64,000 nt of DNA from the human T2T-CHM13v2.0 reference genome, Homo sapiens. This document shows positions 14,604-29,432 of the stretch, piece after piece. Each line of letters starts with the position of its first letter. The first letter of the stretch is position 1. The notes beneath the pieces were generated by a model. It worked only from the letters and a program-made list of their open reading frames with translations. It searched no databases and was not told the origin of the DNA. The stretch lies in the NCBI RefSeq assembly GCF_009914755.1, contig NC_060944.1; one strand, given 5' to 3'. The translations under genes were made by a program, and so were the position numbers.

Positions 14604-17600
14604 AATGAGTATTCAGTACTGAGGCCATTGGTTACTCTAGAGGATCTGTAAGGCTCCTTTTACTCTCTACTTTCTCTGAACATCCTACATACTTTATTCT
14701 CTGCCTTCCCCACCCTTCCTCAACATCATATTTTCTACCTAGTTCATAGGACAGCATGACCTTATTTCCTTATGTCTGCCTGTCATAAGCAGTCTTGATC
14801 CTGCATACTTTCAGACAGCCCACATGATACCTATGTTTTTATTTGTCTGTGAAATGTGACTAGGATAAACCACCAGGGATAACACAAATTAAGGGGTAGA
14901 AGGGGCCTGCTCACAAAATCAGAAGAACACTCTTATTCCATTCCTACCCAGTTGGGCCTGGGCCTATGGCAGCCCTGCCAGGCCTGAGTAATGGCCATAG
15001 CCTGGAGCAGGGTTTTCCTTGAGCTCCATCGGGGTTTCCAGTAATTGGAACATGGCACCTTCCAACTTGTAATGGATGGCAAAACAAGAGGGGCATTTGT
15101 CACTGCCTGACTTCCCTGTGGGAAAGAGGCTCATAAGTCACAGCTGACAAACCCTTTGATGACTTTTAAACTTCATTTACAGAACAGAATAGCTATAATC
15201 AACCAACAGCAAGCAGTGACTAATCTTGCCACATTATCAGTGTGAGGAGCCAACTCTTAAGGCATAGGAATGGGGCGGGGGCCATCCCCAAAGCTCACAG
15301 CAAGTGCTGATTGGCTCTTGGACTTGAGAGTATGCCTTCAGCTAGGCCCTGTGAGTTTATGCTCAAAGGATCAGTGTTAGGAGGTAGAGGAAGAAACTGA
15401 CCTCCAGGCAGATACAGGGCATGCCCAGTTTTGAAGCCATTCTGGGCCAAGATTATGAGACCAGCTCTGGTCTCGCACATATTCATCCTACCTCTGTCAT
15501 TTCCTGGCTTGAGCAAGACCAGACACCAAGCTTTGGTTTCATCGTATGTGAAATGGTCACAACATGTATCATCACTATCTCATAGCAGAAGGCTTAGTGC
15601 AGTTCCTGGGATGTAAGTACTCCACAAGTATTGATGATGGTTATCATGATCACATGTTTGGGCCTGGAGTACCTTTTGTGGTCACATGGTTTAAAACCTA
15701 GGTCATATGGCATGTCAGCAAAGCCAAGACCATTCTTCCTGTGGATGGGGGCTCAGTGGGAGCAATCTAGTGGAATGGGAATAACACAGGCTTTAGAATC
15801 AGACAAGCCCTTGGGTCTTTCGGTCCAAAGCATGCAACTTAATGTGACTGTAGACAAATTAAGCTGTTTCTGAGTCTCAGTTGTATCTGTAGAGTGCAGA
15901 TGATACTACATATCTCATTAGATTGTGATCAGGATTACAAGAGATTATGCCTGTAAAGCTTTCAACTCAGTGCCTGGTATAAAGTTCTACATATTAAATT
16001 GTATGTTCCCTTTTTGTTCTCCCTCAAGGCAAGAATAAGTATGCATCTATCCAGGGAAGCAGGAGACAGCAGTGAAGACATTCTTGTATTTCAAACTTCT
16101 ATTTCCAGCTCTATGTACAGGAGGAAGAGGAGAATAAGGGGATCAAAGAGGAGAAAGGGATACATTTTGTATATTGTTCCTCCCTCCTGCCAGGCCTCTT
16201 CTGGTGTCACTACCCAATGGGAATTCCTCTTAAACACTCTCCCTTTTGGTAGAGCCTTCCGTGCTGCTCCTACCCCTTCTCTGATCTCTCAGACTACTTT
16301 GCTTGGGGAGTAGACCATCTCAGGGCACGTGTGCCTTGTGGCCATGGTAGATGTCGCCTGCTGGATTGGGATTTGCTTGAGGTCCCAGACCAACCGCTGG
16401 ATAAATAAATAAATAAATGATTGGTTAGTTAGTTATTTGATAATACCTGGCCCATAATTAGCTCCGTGTTTGGATATTTATAATTACAATCAGATGGATA
16501 AGTCTGTGTTTGGATGACTTATTTGGCAAAAAATAAAGAGGTTGACAATCATTTGTAGGTCTTCAATTCTAACTCAGTATCGGGGATTATAGGCATAAGT
16601 TACCTACCCATCCCTCCTTAACTTGTCCCCTTCCTGGAACTATGAAGGGGAGCTTGTCGCAGATGGTAAGCCTCAGCCTAAGGCCACAGACAAGAGTAGA
16701 GTTAGTGTTCAAGATGCAGGGAGGGTGGGATTATATACCCAGAGCATGCTATGGGGAGATAACTGAGGCCTGCCTTCTGTTTCTGCTTTGGGGTATCCTC
16801 TCAGGGCCCATTAGATATGGATACCAATGTCAGTAGTATAGGACCGCGCAGTACAGTTGAGGGGTGAGAATGACTCAGCAAAGCTGGAACCCCTCTTGGC
16901 TGGTGGTTCCGTCCTCTCCCAGCCCCATTCAGTAGTGGTTTGACAGGAATGGGGCAGGGACACCTTTGTGAAGTTTCTAGGTTTGGTTGCAGATACTAGG
17001 ACAAGGGAGAGCATGCATAGGCTCCCTACTCCCTACCCCCAACTCCCTTACTCTCAGGCAAAGTGTGATGCACAGGGAGATGACATAGTAAAGAACATAC
17101 CATCTTAGGGCTGGGATGTGGAGGAGCTAGAGTGCCAGGCTAGGTTCATCTGTTTTCATAGAGCATTTGGGTTATCCAGTTTCTTAATACCTGCTAGTCC
17201 CACCCATTATACTAGCACTTTACTCATATTATCTCCAGTTCTTATCCTAATTCTGGGAGGTTGGTATAATTTCCGTTTTGCAGTTGAGGACTCTGAGGCC
17301 CAGCAAGTGAAAGGATATGGCCACAGTTACAGTTTCAAGTGATAGGTCTCGGATTGGAACTCAGTCCTGTCGGACTCTAGGGCCTGAGCTATTTTTGCTA
17401 TTTCATGTGCATTTGTCCTTTGTTACTAAGAAATCGTTTTTAAAAAACAGGTTCCCAGAGAGGGGGCTTCTTGAAAAGCAAGTAGAGCAGAAGACTGGTG
17501 AGCACGGTGTTTCCCAGCATCTCCACAGTGCCAGCACAGAGGAGGACACTCAAGAAATGTTTGTTAAGTGAGTGAAGGAGATAGGAAGTGGGTAATAATA

Positions 17601-18613
17601 GAAATTGGCATAATCCATATTCTTTGATAGTACATTACAGATGCAACAGAGCGCTTTCACATCAATTAGCCTATTTGATTCTTGTATCAGACCTGAAAGG
17701 TAATCAGGGAAGAGATTATTTCTGTTTTCGGATTAAAGACAAGAAGGCCTAGGGAAGTTAAATGACTTGTTGCAGGTCACATGACTAAGAACAGCAGAGC
17801 CAAGGCCAAGCCTTCTGGACCTGTAGCCTGCACTGCTTACACTTCACCCATCCAGGAGCTTTTGCTGTTTGACATGCAGGGAGCTGACTCATGAGAGTGG
17901 GAATGGTCAGGAACTAAAGAGCATTCCTTGGGAAATTAGTCCTGTCTGGCCAGTAACAATCATTTGGGCACTGCTAATGAACCAGGGCTTGGCCAGTTTA
18001 ATGAGATTAATAGATGTTCTGTCATCCCTGGCCGCCTGGTAAAAGCAGGAGCCTCTGGACCAAGGAGGCCCTGGACACTGATGAGTCTAATTGCTTGACT
18101 TTCTCCAGAAATAGTCTTCCCATCACTAGTAGCTGTTTTCCTTCTGAACCACCCGGATGTCCCCAGGGTTATCTAAGGGCAGAGAGCTGGCCACAGGCTG
18201 CTGTGACCCTCATCCCCATGCAGGAGAATAAGGCCAGAGGGGTCCAGCAGGACTGAACCAAGACAGAGACTATAAATAGCATTGGGGGCATCAAGACCTA
18301 AAGCAGCAGCTCCTCCCTTGAAATGAGTATTTCAGGAGGAAGAGATTTAGTGCTGGGGAGGATTTACAGAGTTCTCTGAGTGCCTGAGACTAGACTTGAT
18401 CTGATAGGATTTGGAGCACATGAGGGGTGACATGGCAGAGTTTTAGAGTGTTAAGACAGCCATTGAGACAGTGGAATGGAGAGTGTCGAGTAAGAAGCCT
18501 TGATTCAGGACCCCTAGCTACACTCCCCTCACCAGCTGGTTGACCTTAAGTAAGTCACTTATCTTTGCTGATCCTCTTTTTTTTTTTTTTTTTTTCATTT
18601 ATAAAATGGGGCG

Positions 18614-19256
<643 letters not shown>

Positions 19257-19599
19257 GAGATATAAACTGGCTTTGTTCACTAAAATTCTGTACAACTGTG
19301 AGGAATTGTAGTAGAAAAGGGAAAGGGTGAGGACCAAGGAGAGCGTGTGTGGCTGACTCAAGGTAACATAATCTTGCCAGGGAAGTCAGAACCCAAGGCA
19401 TCCCTGTGCCATGTGCAATCTTGCCCCTGCAGGTGCCTGTTTTTGAGGTCCTGATTCCAGTTCTGGCTTTGCTCTATTAACCAGTTACCTTGCTTCTCTG
19501 AACCTATCTCAGTTTCCCTATGTCAAACACCTCCTCACAGGGCTGTTGTGAGGGTTAAATACTGTAATACTGTGCAGCATTCAGTAATTAGTGGCCGTC

Positions 19600-19873
19600 C
19601 TTTTCTTTTTTTCTTTTTTTGACGGAAAGTCTCGCTCTGTCGCCTAGGCTGGAGTGCAGTGGCGGTGATCAAACAGTTCTCCTGCCTCAGCCTCCCAAGT
19701 AGCTGGGATTACAGACATCTGCCACCATGCCCGGCTAATTTTTTTTTTTTTAAAGTAGAGACGGGGTTTCACCATGTTAGCTAGGCTGGTCCTGAACTCC
19801 TAACCTCAAGTGATCCACCTGCCTTGGCCTCCCAAAGTGCTGGGATTATGGGCGTGAGCCACTGTGCCCAGCC
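19600..19873 (-). mobile_element. AluS with internal deletion
   Basis: Antisense dimer lacking part of the right arm. Confidence 0.87.
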
Positions 19874-20964
19874 AGTGGCTGTTGTTACTGTGACGGCTCT
19901 CTGGGTGTCTCATTTACCCAAAGATCAGAGGTACCTTTTAGGGCTTTTCTACCTTTGCAAACCCCTGCCACTTTTCTCCATGTTCAGGCTTGTTTTTTGT
20001 TGAATTTGTTTTTGCCACATTTCTTCTACTCTTACTAGCCTGGAGAAGCAGGCCCATCCCTTTGAGCCGTAAATTGCATTTCAAAGCCTGTTTCACTAGT
20101 GGATTTTAATTAGCTTAAAAGGCCCAGCTTTTATGCAGCAATTGTTTCTCCTGCAGGTAAAGGTGAAGGCACTTATTGGGGAGCCAGTCCCCAGTTTTCT
20201 CAAACGTAGCTTTTTTCTTTTTTCTTTTTTTTTTTTTTTTTGAGACACTGTGCTCTCTCCCAGCTCCTCAGTGTCCTGGGGGCCTGTCTCTTACCAGCCC
20301 CAAATGAAAAATGGAATATAAGGACCCTAGACTTAGCGTCAGAGGACCCATGGGGTAATCTTGTCTCTGCTACTCACTAGCTGTAGCATCCTGGCCAAGT
20401 TTTTACTGTGGGTAAAACTTCTCTTCTGTTCTTCCGAGTAAGAGCATTTATAAGCTCCATGTGCACACAGGTCTCTGCTCATCTGACATTGCAGAAGTCT
20501 CTAGGAATAAATTTGCTTCTCTCCTTTCCCCCAGCCACCAAGAACAATCCTTCTACCCACCTCTCCTCAGCTCATTGCTAAACCTAGGACCCCTGGGGGC
20601 TGCAGACACCTTGCTCTCAATTACACAGCTAATCTGTGAGGCAGAGCTTGGCCCAGGGCAGGAAATAGCTTACCAAGTGAAGTAGCTCCTGCTGAATGGA
20701 TGTCAATATTTTCTAGGGCTGCCACTCTAAGCTAGGGGGTACCTTGAAAAGCATAGGAAGAATTGGGTGGGAGGGATTGAGTTGGTCTGTGGAAGTGGGT
20801 GTTTGGTTGAAAGATTAGAAAATGGTATCTGGGACCTCTGCCCTAGTGGTCCTAACCACTTAAGGCAGCCCACAGCTAGACCTTCTGACCACCTCCTGGG
20901 ACATATGTTTAACCACTCCCTCCCTAACATTGATTGAACACTTACTGTGCCCCGAGTTTTGTCA

Positions 20965-21430
20965 GGCCTGCCCTATAACATTTGCAGGGCAGAGTAATAA
21001 GAGTACAAATAGAGACCCATGTACCATATGTTTAAACATTTGAAGGTTCTGAATGAAGCTAATAAATTGTGATGTTCCCAACAACCTGGAATACCATGTC
21101 TTAATTTAGAATTCTTGGACTCATTAGGATTCTGTACTTGAACCTGGCAGTTCAGGGAGACCTAGCCTGGCTCTACCTCCTTTTCATTCCCTTTCCCACC
21201 TCTATCCCTCACTTAGAGGAGCCTCATCAACATGTGTGTGGTCACTCAAGCCTTTGCACACCCCCACAGATACCTGTCTCCTTGGGCTGAGGGAGTCCAC
21301 ACAACTGTAGCACATCCCACTTTCCAAAGGAGTGTACAGGGCATGAAAGTGGATAGGGGGCTGTTTAGACGAGGAGCTCAAGAGGTTGGGTACCTAGCGC
21401 ATGCCATAGGTGAGCATTTCTCCTTTTAAC
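20965..21430. mobile_element. Probable hAT DNA-transposon relic (MER96B-like)
   Basis: aagagtacaaatagagacccatgtaccatatgtttaaacattt resembles my recollection of MER96B; boundaries uncertain. Confidence 0.35.
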
Positions 21431-23220
21431 TGCAGATTTCTCAGCCAGAGCAGCATTTGCAACCACATACATACACTTCCCAAGTCTCTCCTCTACAGAT
21501 CAGAAAACTGATCTTCATATGCCATGGCTTCTGGCTGCCCCTCCTTGGCATTATACAGAATGTGTTCCACTGTGACCTTTACCCTCATCTAGAATGGGGT
21601 TCGCAGATGGCAGTATTGGAATAAAGAGGTGCAAGCCAGTGTAATTACAAGATCTTGTGAAGGGCTTTAGGGTTTGCAAAGTCCTTTTATGTACATCATT
21701 CCAAACCCCAAGGAATGAGAGAAAAGACTGGCAGGGCCAAACCTTAAAAACTTGGCTCACCAGTCAAGGTGAGTCCTGATCTCGTCACAATACCACGAAC
21801 AGCTGTTCAGCAAATGCTTCCTGCTCAGTGGTGCTTGTGGCTCCCAGTAGAGGTCACTCTTTGTATCTCTATCCACACCCCAGGCTTGGTTGACTCCCTC
21901 TAGCCAAAGCAGGTGGCTTCTCCCTAGGCCAAAACTATAGCACTTTGAGCTGAACCACCTAGGAGAGAATCATCTGATGCTCACACAGGGGCCCTATTAA
22001 CTTCTTGTATACCCGTGGATAGACAAGGAATTAACCCTTGAATGGCTTGTCATCCATGTAGGAGAGGGACTGTCAGCGAGAACTGTGAGGAATGGCAAGC
22101 CCATGGGAAAAACATGTATTGAGCATTTCCTGCCTCGTATGCACAGTGTGTTACTACCTTTGTGTCCCTCACTGCCTGATAAGTGTAGATGAGTGGAACC
22201 AAAGGCAAACTGAGTAACAAGAGTCTGTCTCTTTCCAAGTCAGTTCCAAAGCTGGCACCAGCCCCTTCATCAGTAGCAGTGATGGGACCCTCTCAGCCCC
22301 TTTCCTTTATCTGAGATAATGCACTGCTGACTCTAGTATATCCATTGGGTTCACTTTAAGCCTAACCCTGGGAGCAGTTTCTTCCCAAGTTGGGCTCACG
22401 TCCAGCCTATGATTCCCTTGTAAACAGTACCACCTGCTGGTCAGAACGTGCCAGCTTCCAGGCTGGGAGGATTTAAGAGAAAAAGAGTCTCTTATCCCCT
22501 AGTGGGATAAGAGATACAGATGTATCTTTTCCAGTTCACTGAAAAGAAGTCCCCCCAAAATATTAGGTAAATAGGTTGGCAGACTGATGAAAGTTTTTAT
22601 ATATGCTATTTGGAGTCTTTTATCACCTGAAATGGCCTTAAGGTTAGGTTACTGAGATAGGAGGGTTCCAAAAGGGAGTGGCATCAACCTGTACCAATGA
22701 GCAGAAGACTGGGCCGGGAACTGCCAAGGCTTAACTTGAGGCTTTTCCTACTGAAATTGAGCTTCTCTCCTTTCCCCTTTCCTCTTGGAGCCTATGCCCA
22801 GCCGTAAACTGTACGGGAAAAATTTGTACAGCCCTTTGGGGTAAAAGACCTGGCCAGAATATAGAGAGCAAAGGGTAGGTGCAGTCTCATCTCTAAGCCA
22901 AACAGAACAAAATTTGAACGAGTTAGTATTAATATGGGTAACTAAAAAATAAATTTATTAAAAATAATTCTCAGGTGAATGTGCTGACTTTCTGTGGTAT
23001 CTAAATTGGCTTTAGCTCTGGGAAGCAAAATGATAAAGTTGAAAGAAATAGACTTTAGTGACAGACTGACCTGTGTTCGAATGCTCATTACTAGTAAGTT
23101 AATGAACTTGTCAATCAGTTTCTGGTAAAATATGAGTAATCATGACATTAACTTGTGGGATCTTGGGATTATTCAGTATTGTATACCACCCTTAGCCACA
23201 GCGAGTGCCTGGTGAGGCTT

Positions 23221-23614
23221 TGTGTTAGTCCATTCTTGCACTGTTATAAAGAAATACCTGAGACTGGGTAATTTATAATGAAAAGTTTAATTGGTTCACA
23301 GTTCTGCAGGCCGTACAGGCTTCTGCTTCTTGGGAGGCCTCAGGAAATTTACAATCATAGTGGAAGGCGACGGGGAAGTAGACACGTCTTCATATGGCCA
23401 GGGCAGGAGGAAAAGAGACAGTGGGAGGTGCTACACACGTCTAAACACCAGATCTCACGAGCAGTCACTCACTATCATGAGAGCAGCACCAAGGGGGAAA
23501 TGCATGATTTCAGTCACCATGATCCAGTCACCTCCCACCAGGCCCCACCTCCAGCACTGGGGATTACAATTAGACATGAGATTTGGGCGGGGACACAAAT
23601 TCAAACCATTATCG
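23221..23614 (-). mobile_element. Solo MaLR LTR (MSTA-like)
   Basis: tgtgttagtccattcttgcactgttataaagaaatacctgagactgggtaattt ... caaattcaaaccattatcg; 5-bp TSD GGCTT at 23216-23220 and 23615-23619. Confidence 0.88.
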
Positions 23615-23688
23615 GGCTTAGCTAGCATACCCTTTTCAAAATGGTTGGTAGCAATTCAGACAGGTCTGTGTCTGGATCAGACTAAGCA

Positions 23689-23986
23689 GTTTTCTTTTCT
23701 TTTCTTTTTTTTTTTTAGACAGAGTCTGGCTCTGTCGCCCAGGCTGGAGTGCAGTGGCTTACTGCAACCTCCACCTCCTGGGTTCAAGCAATTTTCCTGC
23801 CTCAGCCTCCCGAGTAGCTGGGATTACAGGTACCCGCCACCACGCCTGGCTAATTTTTTGTATTTTTAGTAGAGACGGGGTTTCGCCATGTTGGCCAGGC
23901 TGGTTTCGAACTCCTGACCTTAGGTGATGCACCCGTCTCGGCCTCCAAAGTGCTGGGATTACAGTTGTGAGCCACCATGCCCGGCC
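23689..23986 (-). mobile_element. AluS
   Basis: Antisense dimer. Confidence 0.9.
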
Positions 23987-24369
23987 CCTGCAATTTTCAT
24001 CATATGGTGGTGGTCTAGAGTAAACATCACTTGCAAATACCATGTGACCATGGTTCTACATTGAAGATCTTCAAATTTAGATCCTGAATGGGATAACATT
24101 TGAGATGAGCATTAAAGGAGTAGACTCAAAAGAATTAGAGTCAAGCAGATCAGGGGGTCAGATCCCAGCCCTGCCATTCACTAACATTGTGGTCTCTCTG
24201 AATGTGAGATTTCTCCCTTGTAAAATGTTGTGGTTCTGCATATCATGTGAGTAACAAATGAGGGAATGTATGTAAAGCACCTGGCATGAGGTCAGCAGCC
24301 AATATGTGGCAACTCTTGGTAATATGACAAGAAAACAAGATGCAGGAACAGGTAGGCTGGATGCTATAA

Positions 24370-24765
<396 letters not shown>

Positions 24766-25337
24766 TAGTATTCTCTAGAATAGCTGCTATCACTATCCAG
24801 TTCTCAACCCCCTTCTCTCTTTCTCTCACCGCTACCACTGCTCTGAGATTTTATAAATTTATAAGCTATGTTTAAGTTTTAAATAGTTATAAAATTAATC
24901 CCTATAGGGAAGAATTTTAGAAGCCTCTGGAAAACACTTCTGACCTGTCTCTGCTTTCTCAGAGCTTCTTAGTGACAGGCTTTACAGTTCCAGTTAAAAT
25001 GCAGATTCTCCAGAGAAAGAGAACAGAGTGGCCTAGAACAGCCTGTTACACCGGGTACAGATGACTTAGGTTAGAACCCTTTCTGAGAGCGAGCAGGAGG
25101 GCCTGAGAGCACAAGGACAGTGTGAATACGCTTGGTTTTGGTGTCATGTCCATGTGATATGACTATGCTAGTGGTCTCTCTTGAAGTATGTACAGTGTTC
25201 ATGCATGTGCATTTACTCCTGTGTATATGTGTATGTTTGAAAAGGGGTATCTGTATGTGTTTTTTCCTGAACAAGAAGTATATGGATTGACTGAACATGT
25301 GGAGATATGTGGACACAACCCTTGTATGTATAGATGT

Positions 25338-25338
<1 letters not shown>

Positions 25339-25373
<35 letters not shown>
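25339..25373. repeat. (GT)12(GA)n compound microsatellite within a degenerate TG-rich tract (~25150-25925)
   Basis: Direct reading. Confidence 0.9.
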
Positions 25374-25374
<1 letters not shown>

Positions 25375-25967
25375 ACATATTTGAATGTGTCAGCAGATAT
25401 ACATATATTCATTTACCAGGTATTTATTGAGACCTTTTCATGTAGTAAGGACTATTCTAGGCATGAAGGTGTTTGGTAGAACATCCATGTGAATGTGCAT
25501 TGGCTCATTTGCATGTGGGTAGTTGTCTATACTGAGTGTACTTGAGAATACACGTTACCTGTGTGTGAGTTTCTTACCTGGATATGTGAATGTATGTGTG
25601 AGTGTGGCTCTGTGTATGCGTTCCCATGTACCTGATGTGTTACGCATTTACATGAGTGTATTTGAGAATGCATATAGGAATATTCGACGTGTGTGTGTGG
25701 TGGGGCGGGGGGGAGGACATGTTTATGAGCATGCCTGGATGGATCTGAAAGTGTATGGACATATAAACAGGCATATCCATGTGATACCTGGATATGAATC
25801 TAATGTTTGAAGATTAGATGTATGAAGACCTTTGTTGGCACCATCAGTGAGCAGAATCCATGTGTATACCGTGTAAGCACATGAATTGCTGTGCGTGTGC
25901 ATGAGGTTGATGTGTGTGGGCACACTGTCATGTTAGCATTCCAACTCTGCCTTCTCCCTCCACACAG

Positions 25968-26040
25968 ACATCAACATGGCTGGAGAGCCTAAGCCTGACA
26001 GACCCAAGGGGCTAAAGAGAGCAGCATCTGCCATATACAG
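25968..26040 (+). CDS. RALY: RALY coding exon 2 (DINMAGEPKPDRPKGLKRAASAIY)
   Basis: cacacag|AC ... ACAG|gtgggg; 73 nt, phase-compatible with neighbours. Confidence 0.97.
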
Positions 26041-26223
26041 GTGGGGCTGTCTGACTGTCTGTCTGTCTGGTGGGATGACTCTCTCTTTCCACAGAGGGAG
26101 TAAATGCTGGTGTGACAGTGTGCTGAATCTAGAACTTGGGGAGGTGTCTGGAGATGAGGGCCTGTGGAAAGTGGGCTGAGTGGCCGTCCCTAAGCTCCAG
26201 CCCTCTCCCCTTTGTTTCCCCAG

Positions 26224-26271
26224 TGGCTACATCTTTGACTATGATTACTACCGGGACGACTTCTACGACAG
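26224..26271 (+). CDS. RALY: RALY coding exon 3, 48-nt in-frame cassette exon (SGYIFDYDYYRDDFYDR)
   Basis: cccag|TGGC ... ACAG|gtgag; length is a multiple of 3; consistent with known long/short RALY isoforms differing by 16 aa. Confidence 0.95.
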
Positions 26272-28278
26272 GTGAGCAGGGGAGGGGCGTGCCCAGGCAT
26301 GAAACAGCCAAGCTGGAAGGGTCTTGAGAGATTGTTGGTGCAGCCCACTGAGTTCTCCAAATGAGAACCAAAACCCAGAGGTTTGCCTGGGGTTGCTCCA
26401 CCAGTCGGTAGCAGAGCTGAGACTGGGGTCCTGTGCTGCAGGTGCTCAGGCCAGAGCTCCTACCACCATACAACACTGTCTGCCATGCTAACTGCCCTTT
26501 TTCCTTCTTGTCCTTGGGTGAGGCTCAAGGAGACCGTACAGCCAAGAGCTATGTAAGTGTGGCTAGTTGGAATACACAACAGGGTACAGCGCTGGTTGCA
26601 GGGAGTTTGAGCCCTTCCCTCTGTGAGGTGCCCAAGCAGCTGGTAGGAGCCCCAGAGCTCAGTCTAAGCTTCTTGGGTTTATATTTAGAGACAAGAGGCC
26701 AGCAGCCATTTGGAAGTCTAATTAGTCCCTGGCGGGCTGTGGTCTACCCTGCACTCCCAAGCCCTACCCAGACTCCAGCCCAGAGGCTGTGGGCTCCCAC
26801 TACAACAGCACTAGCCACATTCTTGAGTAGAAATCATGGTAGATACTAACTCAAATCTCTCCTCCTCCCTGCTTCTCTCCCTCTGTCCAGCTTAGCCCAC
26901 CCCAGGCAGCCCAAGAAGAACAGTGCCTCTCTGAGCATGAGTCGTCCGCCCCCATCCCCACCCCGCCCCTGTGAGTCGTTTCAGGAGACAGTGTGGTGTA
27001 GTGGAAAGTGTCTTAGCCTGGGGGTCAGAAGATTTAGATGCTAATCTCAGCTCTGCCACTGAATGGATTATGTGATCTTGGGCAAATTCCCTTCCCAGTT
27101 TGTGAAATGGGCTTGCACCAAGTGATCTCTCCAGGCTCCTCCAGCTCTGGGATTCTGTGGTTCAGTGATTCTGACCAAGGCCAGAGCCGTTCCCTCCCCT
27201 TGGGGGCAGAAATGCAGGGTCTGGGATCGGATCCATTCCCAGAGACTCTCCATCTGCAGCCATCACCACCTCCAGGAAGGGGCTCCCTGAACAAAGGAGC
27301 CCCAAGGAATGGGGCTTTTGCCCAGTGATGGCAGGTTTCCTGGCCGTTGTCAGGAAAATTGACCCAAAGTTTACCCCCTGGGCTGCGATTCCCTGAAAAA
27401 GGTGGCAGCAACAGATGTCAGAGAGACCACTTCTCAGCCTACTGAGTTTCTGCCTGGTCAGCTGGAAAGGAAGCCCTCCTAGAGAGGGCTTGGAGATGAC
27501 TTTGGTTGGGGGCAGTGCACAGCCTGGGAGCCCTGGGGGGGTCTGATTGAGCTGCCCAACCTTGATACTCTACCAAGCCCCTGGCCTTTGTCTCTGGAAT
27601 GGAGCACGAAGGATGTGGTGATTAAGGAGGTCAAGTAAGGAAAGGGCTTAGAGTTCAGTCTTATGCCTCTGAGGTCATGGGTTCGTGAATTGAGGGTCTC
27701 AGTACCCTGACCTTTCATCTATTACACGTTCTAAAGTGTGTTTTTAACCGAATTCTTTCATGCTGTGCCCTTGGGTGGACACTGAATGTGGATAGCCATC
27801 CTCATTTGGCATATGGGGAAACTGAGGCTCAGGTAGGCTCAGTTGACCCCCACTCCCATACCTCTCTATTCCTAGCTGGGGATTTGTGCTGCTTTGAGAT
27901 TTGCAAACTCTGAGCAGAGGTTGGGGTGGCAGTTGACCAAGCAGAAGCCAGGTCATGTAATAGAGCAGGCCTGGGTGCCAGGGGACCTAGGGATGTCTCC
28001 TCTTTTGAATGGGGTATAACTGCTACCACCTGATGCCTTGCCTGCCCTTACTGGGCCTGGATGGTTGGAGAGGTTGTAGTGAGGTAGTGAGGATCCCAAC
28101 AGCCATCAGGGTCCGGCAAGCCCTTCCTCTTCACTCCAGGGCTTGCTAGGAGCCAGCAGAGGTGTGTAGTGCAGGCCTCCCAGCCCCTCACCAGCCACAC
28201 ACGTTTGTAGCCGGAGCTGCAATACCGCCCTGGTGGCCACAAGCCATGCTGCAGCCTCTGGCCCATCTGCCCTCACAG

Positions 28279-28445
28279 GCTCTTCGACTACCGGGGCCGT
28301 CTGTCGCCCGTGCCAGTGCCCAGGGCGGTCCCTGTGAAGCGACCCCGGGTCACAGTCCCTTTGGTCCGGCGTGTCAAAACTAACGTACCTGTCAAGCTCT
28401 TTGCCCGCTCCACAGCTGTCACCACCAGCTCAGCCAAGATCAAGT
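28279..28445 (+). CDS. RALY: RALY coding exon 4 (LFDYRGRLSPVPVPRAVPVKRPRV...SAKIK; basic NLS-like motif)
   Basis: cacag|GCTC ... AAGT|gtgagt; 167 nt, in frame. Confidence 0.97.
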
Positions 28446-29106
28446 GTGAGTGACTGTATCATATTCCTAAGTAATTTGCATTTTTATCATTAGCAAAATA
28501 ATAGAATCACATTTTTTACATTGGAACATAGATAAAACAACAAGTCTTCCACAGTTCTGCTGCTCTAACACAGCCAAGTATTTTCATGCATTTCTAAGAG
28601 GAAACAGCTGATGTTTTAGGAGGAGGGGTTGTGTTGGGCACAGAGAGTCCAGTGCTGGATATGGTGCCCAGTGAAGAAATGGTGCCATCTTTCCTCTAGT
28701 AAGGATAAGGACAGGTCTACCCAGGCCCATTACTCCACATTCACTCTGGTACACACATGCTGCTTAACTAATCACCCAGGAATTCAGATTCCAAAAGACA
28801 CATGTTCTTGCTCAGGTGCACACAGAAGAGCACACCACACATACACACCTGTGCTCCTGTCTGTCTTTGGTCCCTTTCAGAGTTGAGAGATCAGGAGAAA
28901 AGATAGCCAGGTTCAGAAGTGTGTGCTGTCACTGTAGGGATGGACGCCAGGTAGTCTAAGGAGGAGACCTTTTTCCTAAGCAGGGAAAAAACAAAACAAA
29001 ACAAAAAATAACTGCTTTCCTGGTTGAAAGAACAGGGCTGAGGTTTTGTGCTAGTGTCAAGCCTCCAGCCCCCTAGGTGACAGCCCTGTCCCCCCTCCAC
29101 TCCCAG

Positions 29107-29220
29107 TAAAGAGCAGTGAGCTGCAGGCCATCAAGACGGAGCTGACACAGATCAAGTCCAATATCGATGCCCTGCTGAGCCGCTTGGAGCAGATCGCTGC
29201 GGAGCAAAAGGCCAATCCAG
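29107..29220 (+). CDS. RALY: RALY coding exon 5 (leucine-zipper-like coiled coil LQAIKTELTQIKSNIDALLSRLEQI)
   Basis: cccag|TAAAG ... CCAG|gtcag; 114 nt; homologous to the hnRNP C oligomerisation helix. Confidence 0.97.
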
Positions 29221-29432
29221 GTCAGCCTCTGAGGATTCTCACCCACCTCCATGACCAGGGCACAGGGCAGAGCATGGGGAAATAGTACATGGGAGAGAGG
29301 AGCTAGGGTGGCCCTGCAGATCCTGGACCACCTGCACTCACCATGCTGAGGCCAGCTTCCGCTAAGGTGCTGCCCTAGACAGCTACCCCAGGCTGAGTTT
29401 TATTCTCCCCTCCTCCACCCCTTCCCCTCAAG

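Noticed and set aside
23291-23869. Longest ORF in the track (192 aa)
   Set aside because: Lies entirely in an MST LTR plus an antisense Alu; typical repeat-derived pseudo-ORF
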